NCBI GenBank assembly: GCA_905178155.1
Contig: CAJINV010000016.1
Span: 1,834,018-1,898,017 of the forward strand
Length of the DNA stretch: 64,000 bases
From: Amoebophrya sp. A120
Taxonomy: Eukaryota > Protista > Dinoflagellata
Direction: 5' to 3'
Shown here: one piece after another, positions 62,801 through 64,000 of the stretch
Layout: the number at the start of each line of letters is the position of its first letter
How positions within the stretch are numbered: position 1 is the stretch's first letter
The notes under the pieces: generated by a model
Told to the model about the DNA's origin: nothing
The model's input: the letters and a program-made list of their open reading frames with translations, nothing else
Database searches by the model: none
Made by a program: the position numbers and the translations under genes

Positions 62801-63486
62801 TCACGTTATCCGCAGCTGGTTCTCCTCGGCGTCTTCGGTTACAATCCGTAGAAACACCTCATCCAAGGTAGTTTTTGCGATGCTCCATTCCCGTATGGGT
62901 AGGTTGCTGTCGACGGAGCTCTCCGCACGATCCGTGCCGCGCATAATTCTTTCATTCTCCAACTTGTCGAAGATCAAACTCACGTCGACACTATCGGACG
63001 ATACAGCAGTTGAAGCACCAACACCCCCATGATCACTTTTCACCACCACCGGGATCTGAAACTGCAGTAACACCCCCCGACTCTCGATCGGGAAAACCGT
63101 CGACAGCTTGCACTGGTTCTTCAGGAACGCCAAGATTCTGTTCTGTTGAACCTCCTTCTGCTTCAGCAGTATCAAATGTAAAAGTGTCTGGGTCTGGAAG
63201 AATGCAACTTGTGATGCTGAATTTGGATTCCAAAAAAATCTGTATTGCATGAGCAGCAAAGAGAATGCAATTTTTGCTACGCGGAGAGGACATTTGTCAT
63301 GCGGAGTAGGCATCGCGAAGCCCTCAAAAAATCTGTGATGCTAGGGCATGCATCACAGACATCCTGGCCAATGCAAAACATGCATGACAAGTCTCAGAAT
63401 CTTCCAGACCCAGACATTTTTACACTTGATAAGCAGCGACATTTGCTCACTCGACGCGTAGTTCAAAGCGATTGTGAGCATGTACC
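62801..63486 (-). CDS. 3' end of an ABCA-family ABC transporter; the rest lies beyond the window
   Basis: GYMLTIAL and EWSIAKTTLDEVFLRIV match the ABCA C-terminal regulatory-domain pattern. In frame across element 63170-63431. Confidence 0.7.
63170..63431. mobile_element. Introner family A
   Basis: TIRs; flanks AGCAG/AGCAG. Confidence 0.9.
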
Positions 63487-63491
63487 CGATC

Positions 63492-64000
63492 TATCCTGAG
63501 TAAAAACGTCCCCACCCCATCGCCAAGTTGGTAAATCTGCAACACAAGTCTCCAAGTTTTGGAAGTTATGCATGACAAGTTTCCATCTGTATTGTAGTGC
63601 TGTTTAGCAAGGACAGCCGCATCACAAAGAAGCCTGCTCATCCTGTTTACAGCATTACACATCCCAGAACACGAATACAAATTCCGCCCTTCCTCTTGCG
63701 AATGTTCCTTCGTTGTGGATCGGCTCTGCCGACCGGGTAACCCAACGCCTTGCATACAAATGACCGACTTAGGCGAACCCCGTTGCGGGCATACAAATTG
63801 GCCGTACGGAAGGGCCCTAAGCGCTACATACATAGTTCACCCTAAGCGCCTACCACTTCGGTCTGGGACCTCGTCTACCTGATCCTGGGGGTCCACAGCG
63901 CACTAGCCCTTTGCTAGCATAAACAGACTGGGTTCTAAAAACTGACTTAACTCCCTCCATCCTTTCAACAGTAAGGCCATCATAAAGGTGCGCTAAAAAA
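63492..64000. mobile_element. Probable further introner in the ABCA gene; right end not identified
   Basis: Starts TATCCTGAGTAAAAA where the ABCA frame closes and contains GCATGACA/GCATCACA/GCATTACA motifs. No matching right TIR or direct repeat seen in the window. Confidence 0.45.

Noticed and set aside
604-63431. Tc1/mariner MITEs with TA target duplication
   Set aside because: The TA is part of the TIR. A separate 5-bp duplication lies outside it and accounts for the frame-restoring joins.
556-63499. Many short ORFs containing KMSGSGR, NVWVWK, KCLGLE, FQTQTF or PDPDIF as a protein family
   Set aside because: These are six-frame translations of the family A TIR, not genes.

Overview
Gene-dense eukaryotic DNA, most consistent with the parasitic dinoflagellate relative Amoebophrya (Syndiniales); this assignment is my inference from genome architecture. 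I reconstructed 15 protein-coding genes, all on the minus strand: three paralogous secreted Cys-domain proteins, DCAF13/SOF1, NAA20, a fucosyltransferase-domain protein, a PAN/apple-like type I membrane protein, a small membrane protein, Rab5, an EH/EF-hand-like protein, a CAMK-like kinase with zinc fingers, a TTL-family ligase, an RBR E3 ligase, a ~2250-aa unknown protein and the 3' end of an ABCA transporter. The dominant signal is 46 complete (plus 2 partial) MITE-like elements from at least 6-7 terminal-inverted-repeat (TIR) families, about 15 kb in total. They begin with TAT (one copy TGT), end with ATA and are mostly flanked by 5-bp direct repeats (33 of 46 perfect). Every one lies inside a coding sequence. 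Removing the element plus 5 bp restores the reading frame at every junction I checked. Exact removal is often impossible with GT/GC-AG ends, and the same family occurs in both orientations. They therefore behave as structure-defined non-canonical introns (introners) that coexist with ordinary GT-AG introns. Most families share an internal TGT(C/G)ATGC / GCAT(C/G)ACA motif, roughly helically phased in the copies measured. Three elements have grown to 1-1.9 kb by carrying cargo, one of them a 92-bp hairpin tandem array. No transposase was recognised in the window.
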